NCBI GenBank assembly: GCA_041589455.1
Contig: JBFHVQ010000001.1
Coordinates: 12,793-76,792 of the forward strand
Direction of reading: 5' to 3'
DNA from: Gammaproteobacteria bacterium
Lineage (GTDB): Bacteria > Pseudomonadota > Gammaproteobacteria > SZUA-229
DNA length: 64,000 bases
The stretch's first letter is position 1, and each line of letters starts with the position of its first letter. This document shows, in pieces, positions 48,454-58,671 of the stretch. The translations under genes and the position numbers were made by a program. Below the pieces are notes generated by a model. The model saw only the letters and a list, made by a program, of their open reading frames with translations. It was not told the origin of the DNA and ran no database searches.

Positions 48454-49436
48454 ATACTCACCTGTCGATTAAAGTTTTTATTTAACAGGTAAAGGAAAAA
48501 GGGCACACCGATAAAAGCAGTAATGACACCGACTGGTAATTGTTGTGGGGCGATAATAGTTCGTGCCAGGGTATCGGATATTAGTAGCAGGCTGCCACCT
48601 AACAATACGCTGCTGGGAAGTAGTAAGCGATGATCACCACCGACAATTAGACGAATCATATGGGGTACAATAAGTCCGATAAAACCAATACTACCTGCCT
48701 GTGTGACCGCAGCAGCGGTCAGTAGAGATGCCATAATAAACAGGCTGATGCGAAGCGGCTTGACTGAAATGCCCAGAACACTGGCCTGCATTTCACCCTG
48801 GCTAAGAATATTGAGTTGTCGTGCCAGGCTCAGGCTAAAGATTAAAATGAGACACAGTGTGACTAAACCGAGCCAGGGTGAACTGGTATGACTCAGGTCA
48901 CCCATTAGCCAGAATAACATACTGCGTAACGGTTTTTCCGGGCTACTGGAAAGGATAAAGTTAATGATTGCGCCCCAGCCAGCAGCCAGTACAACGCCGG
49001 TTAACAATAGCCGGGTTGGGTTCCAGCAGCCACTGCGATGGGATAAACCAAACACCAGTAAAATAGATAACAGCGCGCCAAAAAATGCCGCAGCTGAGAT
49101 CAAGCTAGCAGAAAGCCCAAGCACCATGACCGATAATGCGGCCACGGATGCGCCACCGGAAACACCGAGAATATAGGGCTCAGCTAGAGGGTTACGCAGT
49201 AGTACCTGCATTAGTGCACCGGCAAGTGCTAGCAGGCCGCCAGTAATAAACGCCATCACTGCGCGAGGTGCACGGAGTTCCCAGACAATGGTATGCTCAA
49301 TATTGTGCTTTGTGGTGTCGAGAGCCGCCCATAACTGCTCCGGCGACAGGGTTACGCTACCGACTGAAAATGCAATAATGAAACTGATAAAACTCAGTAA
49401 AATAAGGCCGCTAAATAGTGGAGCAGGTCGTGACAT
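48450..49436 (-). CDS. btuC: ABC permease, FecCD/BtuC family
   Basis: 328-aa polytopic protein. Overlaps btuD by 4 nt. Confidence 0.8.
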   Translation of the reverse strand: MSRPAPLFSGLILLSFISFIIAFSVGSVTLSPEQLWAALDTTKHNIEHTIVWELRAPRAVMAFITGGLLALAGALMQVLLRNPLAEPYILGVSGGASVAALSVMVLGLSASLISAAAFFGALLSILLVFGLSHRSGCWNPTRLLLTGVVLAAGWGAIINFILSSSPEKPLRSMLFWLMGDLSHTSSPWLGLVTLCLILIFSLSLARQLNILSQGEMQASVLGISVKPLRISLFIMASLLTAAAVTQAGSIGFIGLIVPHMIRLIVGGDHRLLLPSSVLLGGSLLLISDTLARTIIAPQQLPVGVITAFIGVPFFLYLLNKNFNRQVSI

Positions 49437-49522
49437 CGATCATCGCTATTATTGAATGTATGACGATTATAAATCATACAGGCATAACTGACGAATAACA
49501 CATTAATATTAAAGGTAAAAAC

Positions 49523-50086
49523 ATGGGTAATCGACTCTCAAAAATATATACACGTACTGGTGATAAAGGAACCACCGGTATGGCCGATGGTAGTCGAATC
49601 CCCAAGGATAGTCTGCGCATTCATGGAATTGGTGAAGTGGATGAGTTGAATAGTATGATTGGTCTGGTAATTAATAAATGTCAAATAGCGACGGTTCGGG
49701 AAAACCTGATTACTATTCAGCATGACCTGTTTAATCTGGGTGGACAGCTGGCGATGCCGGATTACCAGATGATTAATCAATCACGAATTGACTGGCTGGA
49801 ATCAACGCTGGATGAAATGAATAATGAGCTGTCACCACTTAAGGAATTTATATTACCAGGGGGCGCCGAAGATGCCAGTTTTTGTCATTTGGCACGCGCC
49901 ATCTGTCGCCGTGTTGAACGTTCAATGGTGTCATTGAATAATGCAGAGCCTGTTGAAAGCTTAATGATCGCTTATATCAATCGACTGTCTGACTGGTTAT
50001 TTGTGGCCTGCAGAATATTGAATAAGGCGCAGGGTGAGGCAGAAATATACTGGCAATCAAGTCGTATTAAGAATGAGCCAGCTTAA
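49523..50086 (+). CDS. PduO-type ATP:cob(I)alamin adenosyltransferase
   Basis: KIYTRTGDKGTTG N-terminal signature, 187 aa. Confidence 0.85.
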   Translation: MGNRLSKIYTRTGDKGTTGMADGSRIPKDSLRIHGIGEVDELNSMIGLVINKCQIATVRENLITIQHDLFNLGGQLAMPDYQMINQSRIDWLESTLDEMNNELSPLKEFILPGGAEDASFCHLARAICRRVERSMVSLNNAEPVESLMIAYINRLSDWLFVACRILNKAQGEAEIYWQSSRIKNEPA

Positions 50087-50219
50087 GCGGGATTGATACT
50101 GCCGAGTCTGAAACAGACAGGAGAGATGTTTCTGGTTTTTTGTTATATCTGTGTGATGCTAGGTATATAACGGTTGTTTAGCGAGATGTTGTTTTTAATC
50201 TTAATTATGGAGAAATTAA

Positions 50220-50831
50220 ATGTTAAAAATGATTGTTAACGGTTACTTGTGTGTGACTATATTACCCTTGTCTTTTTCAGCTTATGGCGGTGGGATGGTT
50301 GCCGATGTATTGAAAGATATTGGCGCTATAAATGAAAAGACAGCAAGGTCTCTTGATGAAGCTAATCGAAACTTAAAAGAATCGGTTGCTGAGTATAAGA
50401 CATTAGAAGAAGATAGTAGTAAAGAAGTCAGGGATGCATTTAAACGACTCAGGTCTACAAACAATATCGCAATTACCAATGCCATAAAAGAAGTTCAGAA
50501 AAAATCTAATCAACGAGTCACGATAGCAGAAGCTTCGGTTAAAGAGGTGGAACAAAACCTGAAAGAATATGACTCAAAAATGAAAGAGCTTGCGAACCTC
50601 AGTTTAGAAATTGAGAATGAAAGAGATGAGCTAAAAATTCAAAAAGCAGAGATCGAACGAAAAGCCGAGTTATTCTCAATGGGCTTTTATACTTCACTAA
50701 CAACTACCGTCGTCGCTATTTTTGGTTTTGTTTTTCATTTGCCGACAGCAAAACTGGATCGCCAGCTTAAAAAACTGGAAATTGAAGAAAAGCAATATTC
50801 ATTGAGCAAGGTAAAAAATGGGGTGGCATAA
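50220..50831 (+). CDS. Hypothetical coiled-coil protein with N-terminal and C-proximal hydrophobic segments
   Basis: 203-aa ORF, heptad-rich K/E middle, TM near the C-terminus. Confidence 0.45.
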   Translation: MLKMIVNGYLCVTILPLSFSAYGGGMVADVLKDIGAINEKTARSLDEANRNLKESVAEYKTLEEDSSKEVRDAFKRLRSTNNIAITNAIKEVQKKSNQRVTIAEASVKEVEQNLKEYDSKMKELANLSLEIENERDELKIQKAEIERKAELFSMGFYTSLTTTVVAIFGFVFHLPTAKLDRQLKKLEIEEKQYSLSKVKNGVA

Positions 50832-50852
50832 CTCTTATTGCTGATTCTTTTC

Positions 50853-50912
50853 TAAGCCTTAGTGCAATATGATGATGTTGCACTAAGCTTATTCTGCCTG
50901 TTTATCTTTTAT
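50853..50912 (+). terminator. Intrinsic terminator candidate
   Basis: taagccttagtgcaa...ttgcactaagctta hairpin followed by a T-rich tract. Confidence 0.4.
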
Positions 50913-51127
50913 CAAGGTGGCAAAGCGCCGCCTTTTTGCTTTTTCTATTTATAAATTTTAGCGATAGTGACTTTCTCTTCCTGAGATATATCTAGTCTTG
51001 CTGTTATAAGCTTCTGTTGCTGATCAACCGATTTCACCAATCTTGCACTGCCTGTATCTACATATGAGTTGTATTATAGGATGATCGTCCTATAATAGGT
51101 CGATCGTCCAAAATAAAGGAGTGCTAG

Positions 51128-52141
51128 ATGAAGACTGTATTAATAGTTGGGTCCAGTGGTTTTGTGGGAAGTCATGTTTTAAAGCGACTTAATAATCGAC
51201 CAGATGTCAGATTAATTGCTGCTTGCAGGAATAAAAACAGGCTTAAGTTACCATTTGATGGAGAGATAAGGGAGGGAGATATAAGGGATACGCTATATCT
51301 CAAGGGGCTGATGGATGGTGTCGATATTGTAATAAATGCAATGGCATGGACGTCTTTGTGGGGTAATGAAAAGGCATCAAAAGAGTTGTTTCTGAAGCCA
51401 TCCCTAGCCATCATAAATGCTTATGAACAAAGCACGGCTACTCGTCTGGTGAATATCAGTACGACATCTGCGGCGTCGCCTAATTATTCTGCTGATGCTA
51501 TGAGTGAAGGTGTTCACAGAAAATTCTGGCCCCACTTATGTAATATGGTTAGCCTTGAAAATCGTTTAAGGCAATGTTGTGATACATATCCTGGGAAAAG
51601 TGTAGTAAACCTGCGACTGGGCCTGTTTGCAGGAGAGCATTATGCACTGGGTTTATTGCCGATTTTGCTTCCTCGTCTGAAAACGCATCTGGTTCCCTGG
51701 GTGGCAGGAGGAAAAACAGAAATGCCCATTATCGATGGGCAGGATATTGCACAGGCAGTAACCCTGTCCGCATTTGCAGATGATCTGTCTGCATATAATA
51801 GCTATAACATTGTGGGGCCTGAAATACCCAGTGTGCGAGAGGTAATCAGCTTTATTGCAAAGGAATATCACATGCCGAAACCGCATTTTAGTGTGCCATT
51901 TCCGATTGCATATGGTTTTGCCTGGTGTATGGAGCAGCTGGATAAAGTGGTTCCCTGGGAGCCGTTGATTGTCAGAAGTATTATTCATTTACTGGAAAAT
52001 ACAGGGGCTAACAATACGCACGCCGAAGCAGATCTGGGGTATAAGCCAGAGGTTCACTGGCAGCAGGCAATACGAAGCCAGGTAGAGGAAATGAAGTGGC
52101 GTCAGAAAAGCCCAATGAAAATGGCGAGATCAATTGCCTAA
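51128..52141 (+). CDS. NAD-dependent epimerase/dehydratase family protein
   Basis: GSSGFVGSHV Rossmann motif, 337 aa. Confidence 0.8.
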   Translation: MKTVLIVGSSGFVGSHVLKRLNNRPDVRLIAACRNKNRLKLPFDGEIREGDIRDTLYLKGLMDGVDIVINAMAWTSLWGNEKASKELFLKPSLAIINAYEQSTATRLVNISTTSAASPNYSADAMSEGVHRKFWPHLCNMVSLENRLRQCCDTYPGKSVVNLRLGLFAGEHYALGLLPILLPRLKTHLVPWVAGGKTEMPIIDGQDIAQAVTLSAFADDLSAYNSYNIVGPEIPSVREVISFIAKEYHMPKPHFSVPFPIAYGFAWCMEQLDKVVPWEPLIVRSIIHLLENTGANNTHAEADLGYKPEVHWQQAIRSQVEEMKWRQKSPMKMARSIA

Positions 52142-52168
52142 AGCTTAATTTCGCGGCATAGTTTAACT

Positions 52169-52744
52169 ATGACGGTTAAAAACAAACAGCAGATCAGACG
52201 GCGGCTAGTCTCAGAAATTGACCAGCTACTCTATCACAGGGGTTTTCACGCAATGTCGTTTGCAGATATTGCTCGACAGTGTGGTGTCAGTAAAGGCAAC
52301 CTTTACTATTACTTTAAAACCAAGGAAGAGTTATTACAGGCAGTTATTACATTTCGCGTTGAGCAGATGAAACTTATGCTATTAGACTGGGAACAGGAGT
52401 TTGCATCACCCATAGATCGTCTTAAACGATATGCAAAAATTGCAGAAGTTGAAGCAGATAATGCAGTGCACTACGGTTGCCCTATGGGGAGTTTAAATAC
52501 AGAGCTTGCAAAAGTAGAACCCGAGTTACAGAAGGTCGCCCGGTTGCAAATGGATGTATTTAAACAGTGGTTAAAGCAACAGTTCAAGCAACTGGGGGCT
52601 GGCGCTAATAGTCAGTATCTGGCGATGAGCCTGATGGCAAAAACACAGGGTATTGTAATTATGGCGCAGGCTTATCAGGATAAAAAATTTATTTTGAAAG
52701 AGTTAAAGCAGGTTTTTATGTGGCTGGATAAACAGGCTGACTGA
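52169..52744 (+). CDS. TetR-family transcriptional regulator
   Basis: HTH FADIARQCGVSKGNLYYYF. Stop overlaps the next ATG (TGATG). Confidence 0.85.
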   Translation: MTVKNKQQIRRRLVSEIDQLLYHRGFHAMSFADIARQCGVSKGNLYYYFKTKEELLQAVITFRVEQMKLMLLDWEQEFASPIDRLKRYAKIAEVEADNAVHYGCPMGSLNTELAKVEPELQKVARLQMDVFKQWLKQQFKQLGAGANSQYLAMSLMAKTQGIVIMAQAYQDKKFILKELKQVFMWLDKQAD

Positions 52745-53640
52745 TGCGTATTGGTATTGATCTTGGTGGAACAAAAATTGAAGGTATCGCGCTCGATGAT
52801 AACGGCGAACAATTATGGCGTCAGCGTGTAGACACACCCGTTGGTGACTATGAGGCAACCTTGAAGGCGATCAGCAATATGGTATTGCTGATTGAGGCAG
52901 AGACTGAACAGGTCGGTAGTGTCGGTATTGGAACGCCGGGTGCATTATCTCCACAAAGTGGTTTATTGCGAAACTCCAATTCGGTCTGTATGAATGACCG
53001 GCCAGTAAAGCAGGATCTCGAGCAGAAACTGTCACGCGAAATTCGAATCAGTAATGATGCCAACTGTTTTGCCCTGTCTGAAGCAATTGATGGCGCCGCA
53101 CAGGGTGCCAATGTGGTGTTTGGGGTTATTATTGGCACCGGAACAGGTGCAGGTATTGTGGTAAATGGTCAGGTGCTGGAAGGGCCTAATGCCATTGCCG
53201 GGGAATGGGGGCATAACCCGCTTCCCTGGTCGACTGATAATGAGCGCCCAGGGCCTGACTGTTATTGTGGTAAGCAGGGTTGTATTGAGACTCATCTCTC
53301 GGGGCCCGGGCTATCACAGGCATATAAAAGCCTGACATCGATTCATATGTCGGCCATTGATATTGTCGCTAGAGCGAAAGCCGCAGACCCTGTTGCGGTG
53401 CGTTGCGTAGAGGCCTATGAAGATCGAATGGCACGAAGTCTGGCCCATGTGATTAATATTCTCGACCCGGATGTGATTGTTCTAGGTGGTGGTATGTCGA
53501 ATATCCGGCGGCTGTACGGTAATGTGCCTAGCCTAATCAAACAGTATGTGTTTTCAGATGTGCTGAGGACCCGATTGTTACCACCAAAGTTTGGTGACTC
53601 CAGCGGTGTTAGGGGTGCGGCCTGGCTGTGGGGGCGATAA
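52744..53640 (+). CDS. ROK-family sugar kinase (NagK/fructokinase-like)
   Basis: IDLGGTK ATP motif and ROK zinc motif CYCGKQGCIE. Confidence 0.85.
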   Translation: MRIGIDLGGTKIEGIALDDNGEQLWRQRVDTPVGDYEATLKAISNMVLLIEAETEQVGSVGIGTPGALSPQSGLLRNSNSVCMNDRPVKQDLEQKLSREIRISNDANCFALSEAIDGAAQGANVVFGVIIGTGTGAGIVVNGQVLEGPNAIAGEWGHNPLPWSTDNERPGPDCYCGKQGCIETHLSGPGLSQAYKSLTSIHMSAIDIVARAKAADPVAVRCVEAYEDRMARSLAHVINILDPDVIVLGGGMSNIRRLYGNVPSLIKQYVFSDVLRTRLLPPKFGDSSGVRGAAWLWGR

Positions 53641-53722
53641 GCGGGAATCTGGCTTAAACACAATTGCCTCAATCAGTGCTAAAATAGCGCGCCCTATAGA
53701 ACAGGAAACAGAGACTGACCAT

Positions 53723-54274
53723 ATGAATAACCCGTTTCAGGAGCAACTGTTAAAGGCCGGTGTGGTCAGCGAACAGCAGGTTAAAAAAGCTCAGCAGGAC
53801 AAGAAAAAAAGCAAACAGCAGCAGCCTAAGGGCAAGAAGAACAAGCAGAAAGCGCTAAGTGATGCCGAGAAGAAGGCGCGTCAGCAACGTGAAGCAAAAG
53901 CACAGCGTGATCGTGAGTTAAATGAGCGCAAGCAACAGCAGGCTAAAGCTAAAGCGATATCGGCTGAAATTAACCAGATGATCAAAGAGAACATGATCAA
54001 GCGTGATGAAAGCTGTGAAATTGCTTATAACTTTGAACACCAGAAAAAAGTCAAACGTATCTACATTAATGAAGATATGAAGAATAAAATCGTCCAGGGA
54101 AAACTGGGGATAGCAAGAATTGATGGTGTCTACGAGCTTGTACCTGTATCAATTGCAGAGAAAATTAAGCAGCGCAATGAGAAGCGTGTCGTAATTTTCG
54201 AAAAAGAAGAAAAGAAAACCGATGCGGATGACCCTTATGCAGGTTATGAAGTGCCGGATGATTTGATGTGGTGA
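53723..54274 (+). CDS. DUF2058-like K/Q-rich protein
   Basis: MNNPFQEQLLKAGVV N-terminus and lysine-rich middle resemble DUF2058. The ORF-finder extension (53591) overlaps the kinase gene and is unlikely. Confidence 0.55.
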   Translation: MNNPFQEQLLKAGVVSEQQVKKAQQDKKKSKQQQPKGKKNKQKALSDAEKKARQQREAKAQRDRELNERKQQQAKAKAISAEINQMIKENMIKRDESCEIAYNFEHQKKVKRIYINEDMKNKIVQGKLGIARIDGVYELVPVSIAEKIKQRNEKRVVIFEKEEKKTDADDPYAGYEVPDDLMW

Positions 54275-54447
54275 TTTTTGGTATATGGATAAACTATAAA
54301 CAATTCGCTACAGAAGCTGTACTGAGAATCGTTAATTGTAGGGTGTTGGCTGTTTTTTTAGGTTGTCGGATAATCAGCAACATATAATAGAAATGTTCAT
54401 GAGCCCTATTTTTGGCCGCTTTGGCTATAAATAGATATATTGTAATT

Positions 54448-54483
54448 AAGCTTGGTCATTCTGTTTTCAGAATGACCAAGCTT
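54448..54483. repeat. Perfect 16-bp palindrome with 4-nt loop
   Basis: aagcttggtcattctg tttt cagaatgaccaagctt, in the 500-bp intergenic region between convergent genes. Confidence 0.6.
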
Positions 54484-54777
54484 AACGTCTTATGTATCTA
54501 AGGCCACTCCACAAGGTGGCCATTAAATAATTTCTAATATAAATACTGTTATTATAGTCAGAAGCGGAATATCTGAAAATTTAAAATATGAAAAAGCAGG
54601 TATTAATGCAAAGTTAGGTGCCAACCCGTTTCTCGGTTGGTTCGCATGAGCGCTTGTTATGTGTATTTGTCTGTGAGAATTCTGCTTACTATCATTTAGA
54701 TTTTTTTAATTACTTATGTGGAGAGCAATCTACCCGTAATTTTATCAATTTAATTTTTAACAGTGCTCGTTACTTTG

Positions 54778-55371
54778 TTAAAACATGAAGATAGATTGAT
54801 TAATCATTTCTTCAAGTTCTTCTAGTCCAGCACCATTTCTAGACATGACCCCCAATCCAAACTGTATAGTCATTAAGTAATTAGCCAGCACTTCTGGTGA
54901 TTTAGAGCTTTTAAGATTCCCAGCAGCGATTTCATTCTTGAAAAAATCAACAAAGGTAGATTTTACTAATTTATTTATCTCAGAAACTGTATGCATCGAT
55001 TCAGCAGGTAGGTTACCACCACCCATCTCACAGGTGCTATTGCAAACTAAACATCCACCCGGTAATTCACGATTCGTGGTCATTTTTGTTACTGATAATA
55101 AAAATTCCTGTATTCGTTCGCTAACAGTGGCATGCGAAATATGCAGATGTTCCGCATGTATCATACCAAATTGCTGTAAATATCTCTTTAAAGCACTTAT
55201 AAATAATTTTTCCTTATTGCCAAACGTCGTATAAAGACTGGATTTATTTATGCCCATCGCCTCAGTTAAGTCTGAGATTGAGGTTCCCGGATATCCATTC
55301 TTCCAGAAAACCATCATTGCATTGTCAATTGCTTCATCCGCATTAAAGGAGCGAAGACGACCAGCTTTCAT
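54778..55371 (-). CDS. TetR-family transcriptional regulator
   Basis: HTH ISDLTEAMGINKSSLYTTF. Confidence 0.85.
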   Translation of the reverse strand: MKAGRLRSFNADEAIDNAMMVFWKNGYPGTSISDLTEAMGINKSSLYTTFGNKEKLFISALKRYLQQFGMIHAEHLHISHATVSERIQEFLLSVTKMTTNRELPGGCLVCNSTCEMGGGNLPAESMHTVSEINKLVKSTFVDFFKNEIAAGNLKSSKSPEVLANYLMTIQFGLGVMSRNGAGLEELEEMINQSIFMF

Positions 55372-55407
55372 TGAAGACCACCCAGGTAATATTATTTAAA
55401 AATTAAT

Positions 55408-55470
55408 ATTGTTATTCTGAACCGATCGGTTTATATTGTCAATTCTGAACCGATCGGTTCAGAATAACAA
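55408..55470. promoter_or_regulatory. Putative TetR operator pair in the divergent promoter region
   Basis: 23-bp inverted repeat ttgttattctgaaccgatcggtt / aaccgatcggttcagaataacaa. The distal arm is part of a perfect 22-bp palindrome ttctgaaccgatcggttcagaa. Confidence 0.5.
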
Positions 55471-55493
55471 AATTTACTAAGGCGGATATAAAT

Positions 55494-56249
55494 ATGGGTA
55501 ACTTAAGTGGAAAAACAGCAGTAATCACAGGTGGCAATAGTGGGATAGGGTATGCGACAGCTAAAATTCTGAAGCATAATGGTGCCAATGTTATTATTAC
55601 AGGCCGTTCAAGCATCAGAGTTAAAAGTGCGGCCAATGAGTTAGGTGTCAGAGGTATAGTGGCGGACGTGACTGACTTATCGGCTATTAATAACCTGGTT
55701 AAAGAAGTTTCTGATAGATACCAGAAGCTAGATATATTATTTGTTAATGCGGGTATTTTTATTCCATCACCCGTCGGACAGAATAGTGAAGAGCTTTTCG
55801 ATATTCAAATGGGTACTAATTTTAAAGGTGCTGTATATACAATTGAAAAATTTTTACCCATATTAAATGAAGGCGCTTCCATAATTAATCTATCTTCAAT
55901 TAATGCCTATACGGGAATGGCAAACACATCTATTTATGCAGCCTCAAAAGCTGCGTTAAACTCATATACCAGAACAGCTTCAACTGAATTAGCAGCAAGG
56001 AAGATTCGAGTAAACTCAGTAAATCCAGGCCCTGTGTCCACTCCGATATTTAGTAAAGTTGGCATGCCAGATGAGCAGCTAAATGAGTTCGCTGCCGAAA
56101 TACAAAATCGAGTACCGCTTAAGCGTTTTGGACAGACTGATGAAATAGCCAAGCTTGTTGCTTTTCTTGCCTCTGATGATGCTTCCTTTATTACAGGAGC
56201 CGAATACAACATTGATGGCGGTATGAATGTAAATTCAGTTCTTCAATAA
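55494..56249 (+). CDS. Short-chain dehydrogenase/reductase
   Basis: TGGNSGIG and YAASK motifs. Confidence 0.85.
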   Translation: MGNLSGKTAVITGGNSGIGYATAKILKHNGANVIITGRSSIRVKSAANELGVRGIVADVTDLSAINNLVKEVSDRYQKLDILFVNAGIFIPSPVGQNSEELFDIQMGTNFKGAVYTIEKFLPILNEGASIINLSSINAYTGMANTSIYAASKAALNSYTRTASTELAARKIRVNSVNPGPVSTPIFSKVGMPDEQLNEFAAEIQNRVPLKRFGQTDEIAKLVAFLASDDASFITGAEYNIDGGMNVNSVLQ

Positions 56250-56286
56250 CTGTGAAATTAAGGGGGGGCGACATTTTATAAAATTC

Positions 56287-56325
56287 GCAGACCAGAATGA
56301 TTCTCATCGGTCTGCGACCTTTTTA
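56287..56325 (+). terminator. Intrinsic terminator after the SDR gene
   Basis: cgcagacc...ggtctgcg 8-bp stem followed by acctttttaaa. Confidence 0.5.
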
Positions 56326-56427
56326 AATACTTACACATAACGCCTAGCTATATGGCTTGCCGCGTTTTGCTGGTTTAAGTGCGTGATACTTTTTCACGCA
56401 CGAATTTGATCGCCTTGTTAGCCGAGA

Positions 56428-56853
56428 CTAAGTGAAAGAGGCTGCAAGTTCATTCAAAAGTGCAACATAGATGCCATGACAAAACTCAACAGCATCTTCC
56501 GAATTTGAATCCCATGATGACGTCCAAGAGACATGTGTTTGAGTATTGTCCTCTGAGGTAGATAAACTAATGACACCAAAATAATTAGATACATCATTTT
56601 TTGATACTGGCGATGGGCCATCATCGATGGAGTATTTTAGGGAATAAGCATTGTTATCAATTTCCACTAAAGTTTCATGAAATGCTTTATTTAAAATTCT
56701 TTTAGCGCCTACTTGACCGCCATCAATATCACCCACTTTGTCTACGCTTGTAATCACGTTGGGTGCCCAGGAAAAATCATGGAAATTATTTAATTTTGAC
56801 CACACATCAGATATAGATGCTGTTATATCAATAGATTGATTTGTTACAGGCAT
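56428..56853 (-). CDS. SRPBCC (Bet v1/START-like) small ligand-binding protein
   Basis: 141 aa. ISDVWSKLNNFHDFSWAP N-terminus is typical of the polyketide-cyclase/SRPBCC fold. Confidence 0.65.
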   Translation of the reverse strand: MPVTNQSIDITASISDVWSKLNNFHDFSWAPNVITSVDKVGDIDGGQVGAKRILNKAFHETLVEIDNNAYSLKYSIDDGPSPVSKNDVSNYFGVISLSTSEDNTQTHVSWTSSWDSNSEDAVEFCHGIYVALLNELAASFT

Positions 56854-57270
56854 TTTGTTCTCCTAGGTTATTTTAATTTTTCTTACGATAAAGTTAAGTC
56901 GACGCGCTTATTGCGGTGATCTTTCCTGATAAAATGGACACAGGCTTTTTCATGCGGCGATTCCCTCGTATTGATTCGGTGAATAATAATCAATGTCCGA
57001 ATGCTCACGTTTCTTATTATAGAAGTGATTGAAGTAACTGTTTAATGTATACCCCAATTTCCCCAAATATCATGAGAAAAAGGGGAATACAGAGGGGGCA
57101 GGGAGGTTTAGGCTCTTTAACCTAACCATCGCCAAACTCCTCTTTTTAATAAAAAAACACTTCTCCACAATAATCAGAGCTAACAATATAAAAATTGTGG
57201 GATTTCTTGCTTTCTTTGATAGTAAATACCTTTAAAATAGCAATTCGTATTGTTTTTTCAGGGATTTAAT

Positions 57271-58230
57271 ATGGGCTTTATAAAATACTCAGTATTTTTA
57301 CTCTTATTTTTAACTCTGGCCAGTTGTGGCGGTGGTGGAGATGAGGCACCTTCTGACTCCAATGACTCATTTACTAACTCACTAGCACCATCAGACATTA
57401 TTCTTGATGATAGCTCATCCACGGCACTTGCTATTTCATGGGGAATGGATAGCTCCGCTGATAACTATAAGTTATATCGTGATGGTAACTTAATCACCCA
57501 ACTCAACTGGTTTGAAAATGAGTATCTGGATCGTGGACTGACAGCAAACACTAACTACTCCTACCAATACTCTATACTTTCAAACGGCGCTGAATCCTCA
57601 TTATCGCCGGTACTCAGCACATCAACTCAGCAGCTTGCCACAACACGTCCCGCAGACCCAACAAATGCACTTGTTATTTCAAGAACAGCAGACTCCATTG
57701 CTATTGGATGGAGTGATAACGCTACTGATGAGGTGGCCTATAATGTGCGCCTTGCAACCCCCAGCGATCCTCTTCTCAATATTATCCATTTTGTTCCGTT
57801 TAATAGCAGTTACTCAGTAGAAGCGACCGAACTAGAAAGTGACACTGACTACATCTTTGAAATATCGGCTCTCAATGATGCAGGCAGCTCTGCAAAGTTG
57901 ACCACCGCTGTCACAACTTTACATCCAGCCACAACACCAGCAGCACCCACTGGTGTTTCGGTGAGTAACCAAACGGCCACGTCTTTAACCGCAAGCTTTT
58001 CTGATAATGCCAGCAATGAAGACGGATACCTGGTATCAGTGGTTGGTACATCAAATTTTGATACTTTCTGTGATGGCGCAGATTTGAGCTCATGCCAGAT
58101 TACAGGTCTCAATCCCGGAACTCGTTATGAACTGGAAGTTAGTGCCTTTACTTATACCGAAGTAAGTCAGTTGTTAAACTCTTATATTTCATCGGTGAAG
58201 ATCATAGTAAATGGTACTACATCATTGTAA
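57271..58230 (+). CDS. Surface lipoprotein with tandem fibronectin type III-like domains
   Basis: Lipobox LTLASC followed by a GGGG linker. Three repeats of ~90 aa with Fn3-like W/Y/T pattern. The ORF-finder TTG start at 57250 is less likely than ATG 57271 (AGGGA 8 nt upstream). Confidence 0.6.
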   Translation: MGFIKYSVFLLLFLTLASCGGGGDEAPSDSNDSFTNSLAPSDIILDDSSSTALAISWGMDSSADNYKLYRDGNLITQLNWFENEYLDRGLTANTNYSYQYSILSNGAESSLSPVLSTSTQQLATTRPADPTNALVISRTADSIAIGWSDNATDEVAYNVRLATPSDPLLNIIHFVPFNSSYSVEATELESDTDYIFEISALNDAGSSAKLTTAVTTLHPATTPAAPTGVSVSNQTATSLTASFSDNASNEDGYLVSVVGTSNFDTFCDGADLSSCQITGLNPGTRYELEVSAFTYTEVSQLLNSYISSVKIIVNGTTSL

Positions 58231-58671
58231 TGCCTTAGGCAACAAACAGGTCAAACTTAATACTGCTTGTTTTTGCGGTATTTGGTGTGGCATTTGAGAT
58301 CAGAGTAAAAACTCCTGAAAATCTGTTCATGGCCCTTAGCATCTATTGAGTTTCTGCGCGCTAAAGTTCACTCACCTGATAAAACTGACAATTCTAGCCC
58401 CATTGTTATTTAATGGTAAACGTGTGAGTCTTATCAATGGGTAAGACTCCAATGACTAGATGTTTACATATAAAAAAATCATCAAATTACTTCAGATGCT
58501 TATCAGTATAACGCAATACTTAATCAATCGTAATTTCTATTATAAAAAGCCAATTATATTAAAACTATTTGTTAGTGATTATTAACATTTAAAAACATTG
58601 ATACTAATCAAAGACCATCTTGAAGTAATGTGTGTATTTTAAAATTTGGAATCGTACAAAAGGAATAGGTC

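Noticed and set aside
53591-53722. Upstream extension of the DUF2058-like ORF overlapping the ROK kinase 3' end
   Set aside because: Extension overlaps the well-supported kinase gene in another frame. The internal MNNPFQ start matches family N-termini.
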